Shown here piece after piece: positions 1-8,229 of a DNA stretch of 64,000 bases (its first letter is position 1; each line of letters opens with the position of its first letter). The translations under genes and the position numbers were made by a program. Where the stretch lies: NCBI GenBank assembly GCA_050250935.1, contig JBFWNS010000004.1, positions 96,001-160,000 of the forward strand, given 5' to 3'. The notes beneath the pieces are model-generated. The model was not told the origin of the DNA, did not search any database, and saw nothing but the letters and a program-made list of their open reading frames with translations. The stretch is from Candidatus Margulisiibacteriota bacterium. GTDB taxonomy: Bacteria; Margulisbacteria; Marinamargulisbacteria; JBFWNS01.

Positions 1-1006
1 GGCGAAGCCCGATGACAAAACACACCAACCCCACAGCCGTTAACGCAACCGACGGCCCCACAATGGCCGAAAACCCAGCGCCTTCGATAAAAATTTGCCG
101 CATCCCATCCACCACCATCGAAAGAGGCAGTTTTTCGATCACCCAAACCGCCATTTTTGGAAAATGCCGATAGCTGAAAAACACCCCAGACAACACCAAC
201 ATGGGCATGATGACAGCGTTAATCAGCCCATTGGCCGCTTGGGAACTTTCGGCCCTGGACGACACCAAAATAGCAATGCCAGAAAAGGCAACATTACCGG
301 CCACAAACAAAGCCAACAACCCGGGTACAGAGCCTTGAATTTGAACACCAAATACCAACCAAGCAAACCCATAAATCAACAACAGTTCTAGCCCAGAAAT
401 CACGCTTCTGGACAAGAGCATGGTCAGCAAAAAGACCCCTTTATTCAGGGGTGTGGCCATGAGCCTTCGCAACAGACGTTTGGCCCGCATGTCGATCAGG
501 GCATAGCCTGTTCCCCACATGCACGAACTCATCAGCTCCATGGCCAACAAACCAGGAATCAAAAAGTCGATGTACCGTTGACCCGGGGTTTTCAAAGCCA
601 CCGTTGTGGACCGAGACGGAGACGCCGCATCCGACAAGGCTTTTTCGACTGCAAAATACGTATTTTGGGCTTCGGCATTTTTATCATCAAAAAAATAGGT
701 CACAGCGCCAGATGGGGCTTCTTTAACATAAAGGGTATATACCCCACGCTTCATACCCAAAATGGCCTCGGACTCTGACACTTTTTCCAATTTGACCCAT
801 TGGCTTTTGTGCTCGAAAACGGATTTTAGGGCTTGGTTTTGTTGAATGGGCCCCACAAGCGCAACGGTTTTGGCTTCGTAACCGCGATGCTGAAACGCCA
901 TGCCCAACACCCAGGCCATGATGATCGGGAATCCCAACGCCCAAAACAACACACCAGGCTCACGGTAAAATCGCTTAAAATGCATGGACATCAAGGTTAA
1001 AATCAT
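1..1006 (-). CDS. ABC-2 type transporter permease (3' end runs off the window)
   Basis: Manual translation from ATG at 1006, overlapping the ATPase stop (ATGA): MILTLMSMHFKRFYREPGVLFWALGFPIIMAWVLG...RYIDFLIPGLLAMELMSSCMWG...LRRLMATPL. Multiple TM segments. Absent from the ORF track because it is open at the window edge. Confidence 0.88.
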   Translation of the reverse strand, partial: MILTLMSMHFKRFYREPGVLFWALGFPIIMAWVLGMAFQHRGYEAKTVALVGPIQQNQALKSVFEHKSQWVKLEKVSESEAILGMKRGVYTLYVKEAPSGAVTYFFDDKNAEAQNTYFAVEKALSDAASPSRSTTVALKTPGQRYIDFLIPGLLAMELMSSCMWGTGYALIDMRAKRLLRRLMATPLNKGVFLLTMLLSRSVISGLELLLIYGFAWLVFGVQIQGSVPGLLALFVAGNVAFSGIAILVSSRAESSQAANGLINAVIMPMLVLSGVFFSYRHFPKMAVWVIEKLPLSMVVDGMRQIFIEGAGFSAIVGPSVALTAVGLVCFVIGLR

Positions 1007-1752
1007 CGGCTTTCTCCTGCATCGTTCAAGGGCCTTCCGGTTAGGGATAAAAACAGGTCGTCCAAAGACACCCCATCGGCCAATCCAAACTGGGCTTTAA
1101 GCTGCGAGGCGGTGCCATCGGCCATAATTTGACCTTGGTTTAACATCACAATCCGTTCACACAAATAATCGGCTTCTTCCAAATAGTGGGTGGTTAAAAT
1201 CAGGGTCAGGCCTTGTTTTTTGAGCCCGTCTAGAATGCCCCAAATCTCGCGTCTTGCGGTGGGGTCTAAGCCTGTGGTCGGCTCGTCCAGCAACAACAAT
1301 TCTGGCTGATTAAGAAGCGACACCGCCAGAGCCAACTTTTGACGCTGACCACCGGACAAAGCATTCACCATCGCCGATTTTTTTTCGGCCAATCCCACCA
1401 ACCCCAACAAGGTATCCAACCGGTCTTGGGGCTGAGAATAGAGTTTGGCAAACACATCCATTACTTCCAAAACCGAAAGCCGATCGGGAAATTGGGTTTC
1501 TTGCAAACACAAGCCCATGCGCTGATGCAACTCTTTGGCATCGTGCTGCCAGGTTTTACCAAACAACGAAATGGTGCCGCTATCCGGCTTTTGAATGCCT
1601 TCGATCATTTCCACCAAGGTGGTTTTACCCGCCCCATTGGGGCCCAATAGCGCCACAAACTCTCCTTTTTGAACGGTTAAAGAAACGCCTTTAACAGCCG
1701 CTACTTTTTTGAAGGTTTTTTTGACGTCCTGGATTTGAATAACAGGATTCAT
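1003..1752 (-). CDS. ABC transporter ATP-binding protein (ABC-2/DrrA-like)
   Basis: Walker A GPNGAGKTT, signature LSGGQ, Walker B LLLLDEPTTGLD, H-loop TTHY. Confidence 0.95.
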   Translation of the reverse strand: MNPVIQIQDVKKTFKKVAAVKGVSLTVQKGEFVALLGPNGAGKTTLVEMIEGIQKPDSGTISLFGKTWQHDAKELHQRMGLCLQETQFPDRLSVLEVMDVFAKLYSQPQDRLDTLLGLVGLAEKKSAMVNALSGGQRQKLALAVSLLNQPELLLLDEPTTGLDPTARREIWGILDGLKKQGLTLILTTHYLEEADYLCERIVMLNQGQIMADGTASQLKAQFGLADGVSLDDLFLSLTGRPLNDAGESR

Positions 1753-2231
1753 GATGAAGTCCTCACTTGTTTAAAAAAATCGCGCAAAATATGCTCACAC
1801 TCGGGTGTGGGTTCATAGACCACCGCGATGCGATGGTTAAAAAACGCATCGGAAAACAAGTCTACCACGGTCCCGGCTGCGCCCCATTTTAAATCTTTGG
1901 CCCCAAACACCACCTTGGCGATGCGGGCCTGAAACAAAGCCCCAGCACACATGGGACAAGGTTCTAGTGTTGAATAGAGTACTGCCCCGTCCAACCGCCA
2001 ATCTCCCACAGCTTTACACGCCGCCTGAAGCGCTTGGATTTCGGCATGGGCAATGGGACTGTGATCGGTTTCTTTAAGGTTATACCCGGCCCCAATCACC
2101 ACCCCGTCTTTAACCACCACCGCCCCAACCGGCACCTCTCCCACAGAAGCGGCTTTTTTAGCCTGTTCAAGGGCCACCATTAAATAGTCGATTTCCACCT
2201 TCACGATCTCTTTCTCTCTGTTAATATCCAT
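1749..2231 (-). CDS. tadA: tRNA-specific adenosine deaminase
   Basis: GEVPVGAV, HAE and PCPMC zinc motifs, FNH. Start uncertain (ATG 2231 or GTG 2204; ORF track gives 2264). Confidence 0.93.
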   Translation of the reverse strand: MDINREKEIVKVEIDYLMVALEQAKKAASVGEVPVGAVVVKDGVVIGAGYNLKETDHSPIAHAEIQALQAACKAVGDWRLDGAVLYSTLEPCPMCAGALFQARIAKVVFGAKDLKWGAAGTVVDLFSDAFFNHRIAVVYEPTPECEHILRDFFKQVRTSS

Positions 2232-2273
2232 TAAAACCGCGGAGCAGGAGGAAATGCGGTGCATTTGTGCTTA

Positions 2274-2630
2274 CTAATTTATACTAAATTCCACCATCGG
2301 ATTTTGAAAATCGTCTGATAAAGGCCCAAATTTAGCCTGATAATCCACCAAATTTTGTTGGAGCATCTGCACAAACCGCAGGGTGTTTCGGGGATTCATA
2401 ATCACCCGAGAGCGAATTTTACCCTTGGGCAAATGGGGTTGTAAAAATACATAGTCCACCACAAATTCTTCTTGGTTAAAATGGGAAATGGCCAGATTGG
2501 CATAAACCCCCTGGGCCATTTGTTCGTCCATGTCGATGTGAATGGTCTGTTGCTGAAGCTGGGTTTCGTCGCCAGCTTCTGGCAGATCATCCTCTTGGAG
2601 GTCGTCGTCTTCCCGAGGGTCATTGTCCAT
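2274..2630 (-). CDS. DUF3467-family protein
   Basis: GVYANLAISHFNQEEFVVDY...RVIMNP pattern; acidic N-terminus. Confidence 0.8.
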   Translation of the reverse strand: MDNDPREDDDLQEDDLPEAGDETQLQQQTIHIDMDEQMAQGVYANLAISHFNQEEFVVDYVFLQPHLPKGKIRSRVIMNPRNTLRFVQMLQQNLVDYQAKFGPLSDDFQNPMVEFSIN

Positions 2631-2639
2631 GCTGGTCTC

Positions 2640-3209
2640 CTATCGAACCCGTTCCAAATATTCGCCTGTTTCGGTATTCACCCGCACGATATCCCCTTCT
2701 TTGATGAAAGTCGGGGCTTGAATGGTCATGCCATTTTCGATTTCGATGGGGCGAAGCGAGGCCGAAGCCGTGGCTTTTCGAACCTCTGGCGGCGCAACCG
2801 TCACTTTGAAATCCAAGGTTTTGGGCAATTCAATCCCCACAGGCGTGGATTCAAAAAACGTCACCAAATACGAAACCCCTTCGGTCATAAACGAAAACCC
2901 ATCGCCGATCAGGTCTTTGGAAATCGTCACTTGTTCAAAGGTGCTGTTGTCCATAAACACCAAGCCATCTGAATCTTCGTACAAATATTGCATGTCGTGT
3001 GTTTCAAGCTCGGCTTTTTCCACTTTATCGGCAGATCGGAACCGCTGTTCCAAGTTTTTCCCGTTCATGATGTGCTTGAGTTTGGTTTGCATACAAGCAA
3101 CCCCTTTTCCAGGCGTTACGTGCTGGGTCCAATTCACCCGATACAACTCTCCCTCCAAGTTCAAAATCATCCCAACGCGAATCTGTGTGGCTACAATAAT
3201 CATCGTCAA
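2640..3209 (-). CDS. efp: Translation elongation factor P
   Basis: TPGKG loop, MQYLY, APTFIKEGDIVRVNTETGEYLER; RBS AGAGGAG upstream. Confidence 0.97.
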   Translation of the reverse strand: MTMIIVATQIRVGMILNLEGELYRVNWTQHVTPGKGVACMQTKLKHIMNGKNLEQRFRSADKVEKAELETHDMQYLYEDSDGLVFMDNSTFEQVTISKDLIGDGFSFMTEGVSYLVTFFESTPVGIELPKTLDFKVTVAPPEVRKATASASLRPIEIENGMTIQAPTFIKEGDIVRVNTETGEYLERVR

Positions 3210-3240
3210 ATCTCCTCTTTAAAGTATGGGGATTATACCC

Positions 3241-4044
3241 CTACTCCACCCCTTCGCCAACTTGGGCTTGTTGGATCTGTTGCTTGGCCCGTTGCCAAGC
3301 CGCTTCTTTTTCGGTGAGGCTTAGGTTTTCAAGACAAACGCCATCGGCGGCCAACAAACGATCCATGGTTTCAAAACGGCGAATAAATTTTTGGGTGGCC
3401 TGTTTGAGAACCGCTTCGGCATCCAACCCTTCTTTTCGGGCCACATTGACCAAAGCAAAAAAACAGTCCCCCAATTCGTCGGCTATCTCGGCTGGATTTT
3501 GACTGTTTAGCGCCGCTTTAAGCTCTGCTATTTCGGATTCTACAGCCCCAATCACCTGATGGGTGCTGTCCCAATCAAAGTCTTTTTTGGCGGCTTTTTT
3601 GGACACTTTTTGGGCCATCATCAAGGCAGGGAAATGTTTGGGAAAAGTTCCCAGCACCGAACTGGGTTTTTCTCCCCCTTTTTCTTGCTGCTTGATCTGT
3701 TCCCAGTTATGAACAACCGCTTCAGCAGTATCGGCCACAACATCCCCAAACACATGCGGGTGACGGCGAATCATTTTGTCGTGGATCGAGGCGATTACAT
3801 CGTCGATGGTAAAGCGGTGATCCCCTTCTGCAATCACGCTTTGCAACACCACTTGCAAGAGCACATCGCCCAACTCTTCGCATTGGTCGGCATCGCTGCC
3901 AGTTTCGATGGCATCCACCAGCTCATAGCTTTCTTCGATGATATAGGGAATCAAGGTTTTCGGGGTCTGCTTACGGTCCCAAGGACACCCATTTGGGCCT
4001 CTTAACTGTCGAATCACAGTCACAAAATCTGTAAAGGTTTTCAT
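3241..4044 (-). CDS. mazG: Nucleoside triphosphate pyrophosphohydrolase MazG
   Basis: GCPWDRKQT, EESYEL, EELGDVLLQV, KMIRRHPHVFG; second domain DELGD. Confidence 0.96.
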   Translation of the reverse strand: MKTFTDFVTVIRQLRGPNGCPWDRKQTPKTLIPYIIEESYELVDAIETGSDADQCEELGDVLLQVVLQSVIAEGDHRFTIDDVIASIHDKMIRRHPHVFGDVVADTAEAVVHNWEQIKQQEKGGEKPSSVLGTFPKHFPALMMAQKVSKKAAKKDFDWDSTHQVIGAVESEIAELKAALNSQNPAEIADELGDCFFALVNVARKEGLDAEAVLKQATQKFIRRFETMDRLLAADGVCLENLSLTEKEAAWQRAKQQIQQAQVGEGVE

Positions 4045-4199
4045 CTCCTAACTATACCAGAAAAAGCACAGAAATTAGTAAAAATTCCTCTTTAAAATCA
4101 AACAGACGTCAGGAAAATAGTATATACAAAAAATAAGAAATACCTCTATACTATTCCAAAACGGAGCTAGTGCGATAGGACACCTCTCAAACAATCATT

Positions 4200-4369
4200 G
4201 TTTAGAGAGGAGGTGATTCTCATCAAACTAGAAGTGGATATTTCAGTTAAAGAACTTCTCAAACTGATTGTTGTACTTCTAGCGGTCTTGATGATTATTG
4301 CTGCCCAGCATTAGTCAAGACCGCTAGCCGCTGTACTGGTTTCTCCGTTTTCCAGTACGGCACTTTAGT
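4200..4369 (-). ncRNA. Putative cis-antisense RNA (antitoxin) overlapping the small peptide gene
   Basis: Minus-strand promoter TTGAAT-N17-TAAACT (4404-4376) points into the peptide ORF. Region contains a 13-bp perfect inverted repeat and a GTACTGG/CCAGTAC hairpin. 3' end is a guess. Confidence 0.45.
4213..4314 (+). CDS. Small hydrophobic peptide, putative type I toxin (Ibs/Ldr-like), 33 aa
   Basis: (V/M)ILIKLEVDISVKELLKLIVVLLAVLMIIAAQH*; strong anti-SD match AGGAGGTGAT sequestered in a hairpin (4181-4215). Exact start codon uncertain. Confidence 0.6.
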   Translation: MILIKLEVDISVKELLKLIVVLLAVLMIIAAQH

Positions 4370-4375
4370 AGCCAC

Positions 4376-4404
4376 AGTTTAAATACATTTTTAAACAAAT
4401 TCAA
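4376..4404 (-). promoter_or_regulatory. sigma70-type promoter (antisense RNA)
   Basis: TTGAAT-17 bp-TAAACT, immediately downstream of the sepF terminator. Confidence 0.6.
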
Positions 4405-4413
4405 GCGCTACAC

Positions 4414-4440
4414 AAAAAAACCCCTCTTTTCAGAGGGGCT
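4414..4440 (-). terminator. Rho-independent terminator of yggS-sepF
   Basis: Minus strand CCCCTCT-GAAA-AGAGGGG followed by T7. Confidence 0.85.
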
Positions 4441-4472
4441 TCGTTGGCTTGATGACTTAAGAAAAAATAAGC

Positions 4473-4940
4473 TTAGTTCATGCCTACTTTTTTAAAGAAC
4501 TGTTTGCGTTCGTCCAATTCTGGGGCAGAAGTCCCTTCGAATTGAGCGGCGCGCTCGGACGAGTCAGAGATCATAACCGAAGAAGGGGTAAACAAGAAAA
4601 TGTTTTCGCCGATCTTCATCATGTGGCCATTGATGGCGTAGGCTGTCCCGCAAACAAAGTCGATCAACCGTTTGCCGGTAGCACTGTCCAAATATTTCAA
4701 ATTAACAATAACGGGTTTGTTTTCACGAAGGTCTGAAGCGATGTTCAATGAATCTTCGTAGATGCGGGGTTCTTCAACTTTAATTTCGGCAGAAGCATGT
4801 CCATGAGCAGAATGACCGAGTTCTTTGATGTGACGAATAGAAGTTGGGCGTTGAATAGCAGCAGTGATGGGACTTTGATTGTACTCTTCTTCATCTTGAA
4901 AACCAAAAAATTCTTTCACTTTGTTTAGGGCTACACTCAT
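4473..4940 (-). CDS. sepF: Cell division protein SepF
   Basis: EPRIYED...PVIVNL...KRLIDFVCGTAYAINGHMMKIGENIFLFTP; lies downstream of yggS; RBS GGAGG. Confidence 0.95.
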   Translation of the reverse strand: MSVALNKVKEFFGFQDEEEYNQSPITAAIQRPTSIRHIKELGHSAHGHASAEIKVEEPRIYEDSLNIASDLRENKPVIVNLKYLDSATGKRLIDFVCGTAYAINGHMMKIGENIFLFTPSSVMISDSSERAAQFEGTSAPELDERKQFFKKVGMN

Positions 4941-4959
4941 TCGATGCCTCCAAAAAAAT

Positions 4960-5613
4960 TTAATGCGCGAATAAAAGAGAACCCACCCGAATTTGGGTCG
5001 ATCCCGCCTCTATCGCAAGAGAATAATCACCACTCATGCCCATACTGAGTGTATCTACAGTAGGATATTGGGCACTTAACTGATCGAACAAGATTTTCGC
5101 TTGTCCAAAATAGACGCTCTGCTCACTTGAGGGGAAAGGCATGGTCATTATACCCCGAATCATCACATTTGCAAGCGAAAAAAATTGAGCACAATTTTCG
5201 GTCAATTCCTTTGGAGAAAACCCCGTCTTTGTAGCCTCGTTTGCGATGTTGACTTCCAAGAGCACATTCATCACCTTTCCGAGTTTTCCTGCAGCCTCGG
5301 AAATCCCTTGCAGCACCCGAAAACTGTCCACCGATTCGATCCAATCGAAGGTCTCGACCGCTTTTTTGATCTTGTTGGTCTGCAAATGGCCCAACAAATG
5401 CCAGGTGACGTTTGGCCCCAGACAAGCTGCTTTTTTGGCCATGCCATCTTGAACCTTGTTCTCGCCAATGTGGGTGATGCCCGCATCGATCACGGCCTGG
5501 GTATCGGCTACCGAAACATATTTGGTGACCCCAACCACGGTGATGGTTCGGCCCAAGCGCTGCTCGGCAGCCCGAACCTCGTCTAGCAAGGCCTGTACAT
5601 TTTGGGAGATCAT
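4960..5613 (-). CDS. yggS: PLP homeostasis protein YggS/PROSC
   Basis: VGVTK, GENKVQ, WHLLGHLQTNK, LSMGMSGDY, GSTQIRVGS. Start corrected to ATG 5613 because the longer ORF overlaps the divergent gene. Confidence 0.95.
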   Translation of the reverse strand: MISQNVQALLDEVRAAEQRLGRTITVVGVTKYVSVADTQAVIDAGITHIGENKVQDGMAKKAACLGPNVTWHLLGHLQTNKIKKAVETFDWIESVDSFRVLQGISEAAGKLGKVMNVLLEVNIANEATKTGFSPKELTENCAQFFSLANVMIRGIMTMPFPSSEQSVYFGQAKILFDQLSAQYPTVDTLSMGMSGDYSLAIEAGSTQIRVGSLLFAH

Positions 5614-5689
5614 GGCTGTATTGTAAGGAATTTGGGGGACAAATCCAACCTTTGTTTTATCATCACCTTCCGGGTATACTGGTGTCATT

Positions 5690-6337
5690 ATGGAATGGCA
5701 GGATTTTTTAACCCTGATTCGCGAAGCAAAACCCGAGACCCTTCGGTGTTTTAGCGTGGCCGTTGCCGACGAGGTGTTGGTTAAAACCATCACCGAACTG
5801 GCCCAAAAACAGGGTGGAACCCTTGTGTTTGGCTTCGACAATCGCAGCCTGCATTTGACAGGATCTCCCTACGAAGAAAGCCACCTGCGAAACCTGGCCC
5901 AATCCGTTTTGGGACCTCACTTTCCTTTGTCGTTGCAAAGCCTAATCCGAAACGAACGCAGCATTATTGTGCTTTCCGTATCCAAAAACCCGGCCAAAGC
6001 TGCCCCGACGCCGGTTACAACCAAAGCCCCATCGCCGATTCATCAACCCGCAAAACCTGCAACAAATCCCCAACCCATAACCCCATCGTCCCCAACCGCT
6101 CCAACGCCCTTAATGGCAACCCCAACCACAGCCCTATCCAGCCTAAATGGTCGTCAACGACAAACCCTAGAATATTTAAAAACCCATCATCAAATCCAAA
6201 ATAAAACCTACCGAGATTTGTTCAAAGTCTCGCATAAAACAGCCCACATCGAGCTGGTGGATTTGGTGGACCGAAACCTGATTCAAACCCAGGGTGCCGG
6301 ACGCAGCACCTGTTATGTTTTAACCTTAGGATTTTAG
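5690..6337 (+). CDS. AlbA_2/Schlafen-like N-terminal domain, Pro/Thr linker and C-terminal winged HTH
   Basis: LVKTITELAQKQGGTLVFGFDN resembles the AlbA_2 AFANxxGGxLxxGV motif. C-terminal LNGRQRQTLEYL...YRDLFKVSHKTAHIELVDLV...GAGRSTCY is a wHTH. Confidence 0.7.
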   Translation: MEWQDFLTLIREAKPETLRCFSVAVADEVLVKTITELAQKQGGTLVFGFDNRSLHLTGSPYEESHLRNLAQSVLGPHFPLSLQSLIRNERSIIVLSVSKNPAKAAPTPVTTKAPSPIHQPAKPATNPQPITPSSPTAPTPLMATPTTALSSLNGRQRQTLEYLKTHHQIQNKTYRDLFKVSHKTAHIELVDLVDRNLIQTQGAGRSTCYVLTLGF

Positions 6338-7434
6338 TCCCAGTCTTTCATCACCGGCTCGAACCCTTGGGCAACCAAAACCTGTTTGATTTCGGCCAAA
6401 CTTCGGTGATCTGATGTTTCGAACTGGCCTTCTGCATCCATCCCAGAATAGCCGCCAGGTGCCGTGTGCGATTCAGCCGATAGTGTAGTGATGCCCAATT
6501 TCAACAACTGATCGCGAAAAGCGGCTGGCTCGCGGGTAGACAAACTGATGCCCAAATCGGGAAACACCAACCGGAAGGCACAAATAAACTGCACCACATC
6601 CCGGTCCGTCACATCCACTTCGGGCGAAAACTCGCCATACATGTCCCGGATTCGGGGAAAAGACAGGGCATATTTGGTTTGCCAATACTGCTTCATTAAA
6701 TAGTCCAGATGATGGGCCAAAGCCAAGGCTTCGTAGCGCCAATCATAAAGCCCCAACAAGGCCCCAATGTTCATGCGGTAGAACCCGGCTTTTCCGCCAC
6801 GATCCGCAGTGTCCAAGCGATAATCCATGTTCTTTTTTTTGCCCGCTAAATGGTATTTGGCATAGGCCCCGCGGTGATAGGTTTCCTGATACACCGTCAA
6901 ACTATCGGCCCCAGCGGCCATTAAAATTTCGTATTCATCGGTTTCTAGGGGCTGAATTTCAATGCCAATCGAGGCAAAATGAGGGCGCAAAATCTGGATG
7001 GCTTTGGCGATATAAGGCACCCCGACTTTGTCTTGGGCTTCGCCGGTTAACAAGAGCAAATGCTGGAACCCTTTTGCTTTGAGCAACAAGCCCTCGGACA
7101 AAATTTCGGCTTCGGTGAGGGTTTTTCGGGGATATTTGTTGTCCACACTAAACCCGCAATACGTGCATTTGTTGTAGCACAAGTTGGACAAATACATCGG
7201 AATAAACAACTGCATGGTGTTGCCAAACCGCTGTTGGGTGAGTTTATGAGACCGCTGGGCCATCCATTCTAGGTTTTCGGGGGTTTGGGCCGCAGCAGAC
7301 AGCAACAAGGGAAAATCAGTCAGGGTGAATTTTGGCTTTCGGGCCAAGGCCGCCACTTGGGAAGAGGTAGTCTGAGCGGCTTTTTGGAGCCCTGCTTCGA
7401 GGGGAAGGTCGTTAAAAACTTGGGTAAACATCAC
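6334..7434 (-). CDS. thiH: 2-iminoacetate synthase ThiH (radical SAM)
   Basis: YLSNLCYNKCTYCGF (CxxxCxxC), YQETY, LSTREP; adjacent to thiG. Confidence 0.96.
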   Translation of the reverse strand: MMFTQVFNDLPLEAGLQKAAQTTSSQVAALARKPKFTLTDFPLLLSAAAQTPENLEWMAQRSHKLTQQRFGNTMQLFIPMYLSNLCYNKCTYCGFSVDNKYPRKTLTEAEILSEGLLLKAKGFQHLLLLTGEAQDKVGVPYIAKAIQILRPHFASIGIEIQPLETDEYEILMAAGADSLTVYQETYHRGAYAKYHLAGKKKNMDYRLDTADRGGKAGFYRMNIGALLGLYDWRYEALALAHHLDYLMKQYWQTKYALSFPRIRDMYGEFSPEVDVTDRDVVQFICAFRLVFPDLGISLSTREPAAFRDQLLKLGITTLSAESHTAPGGYSGMDAEGQFETSDHRSLAEIKQVLVAQGFEPVMKDWD

Positions 7435-7435
7435 C

Positions 7436-8212
7436 CTAGGTTAAAAACCCAGTTAAGGGTGAAGAGGCTTCGGCTTTGATCGAAGTGCCGGGCAAACCGG
7501 CCAAAAACGCTTCCCGGCCAGCTTCTACGGCTTTTTTGAAGGCGGCTGCAAAACGGACAGGGTCTGGGGAGGTGGCCATGGCGGTGTTTACCAGGACGGC
7601 ATCGGCACCCAGTTCCATGGCCTCTGCTGCTTGGGACGGCGCACCTAGCCCAGCATCCACGACCACCGGAACGGTGGATTGCTCGATAATCATGGCAATA
7701 AAGTCGCGGGTTCGAAGGCCCAAATTACTGCCAATGGGGGCAGCCAAAGGCATGACGGTGGCACATCCAATCTCTTCCAAGCGTTTGGCCAAAACAGGGT
7801 CGGCTTGAATGTAGGGCAACACGGTAAAGCCTTCTTTAACCAACTGTTCGGCGGCCTTCAGGGTTTCAACAGGATCGGGCATTAAATAGTTGGGGTCTGG
7901 AATCACTTCCAACTTCACCCAATCCGATACCCCAGAATGACGGGCAATCCGGGCAATGCGAAGGGCTTCTTCGGCATTTCTGGCCCCAGAGGTATTGGGC
8001 AAAAACAAAAAGTGTTTCGGATCGATACGGGTAACAAACGAATCTTGGGGATTGGTTAAATCCACACGCCGAACCGCCACCGTGACGATTTCGGCACCCG
8101 AGGCTTCAACTGCGGCTTGCATGACATCTGGCGACGCAAACTTGCCCGTCCCCACCAACAAACGGGAGGTAAAGGCACGACCAGCAATAATCAGGGCATC
8201 ATGGGCTGACAT
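7436..8212 (-). CDS. thiG: Thiazole synthase ThiG
   Basis: [42 protein letters not shown]. Confidence 0.98.
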   Translation of the reverse strand: MSAHDALIIAGRAFTSRLLVGTGKFASPDVMQAAVEASGAEIVTVAVRRVDLTNPQDSFVTRIDPKHFLFLPNTSGARNAEEALRIARIARHSGVSDWVKLEVIPDPNYLMPDPVETLKAAEQLVKEGFTVLPYIQADPVLAKRLEEIGCATVMPLAAPIGSNLGLRTRDFIAMIIEQSTVPVVVDAGLGAPSQAAEAMELGADAVLVNTAMATSPDPVRFAAAFKKAVEAGREAFLAGLPGTSIKAEASSPLTGFLT

Positions 8213-8229
8213 AACCCTGTTATTCTAGC

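Noticed and set aside
5614..5841. 76-aa N-terminal extension of YggS in the ORF track
   Set aside because: It overlaps the divergent gene at 5690; YggS similarity starts at MISQNV (5613), which has its own -10 box.
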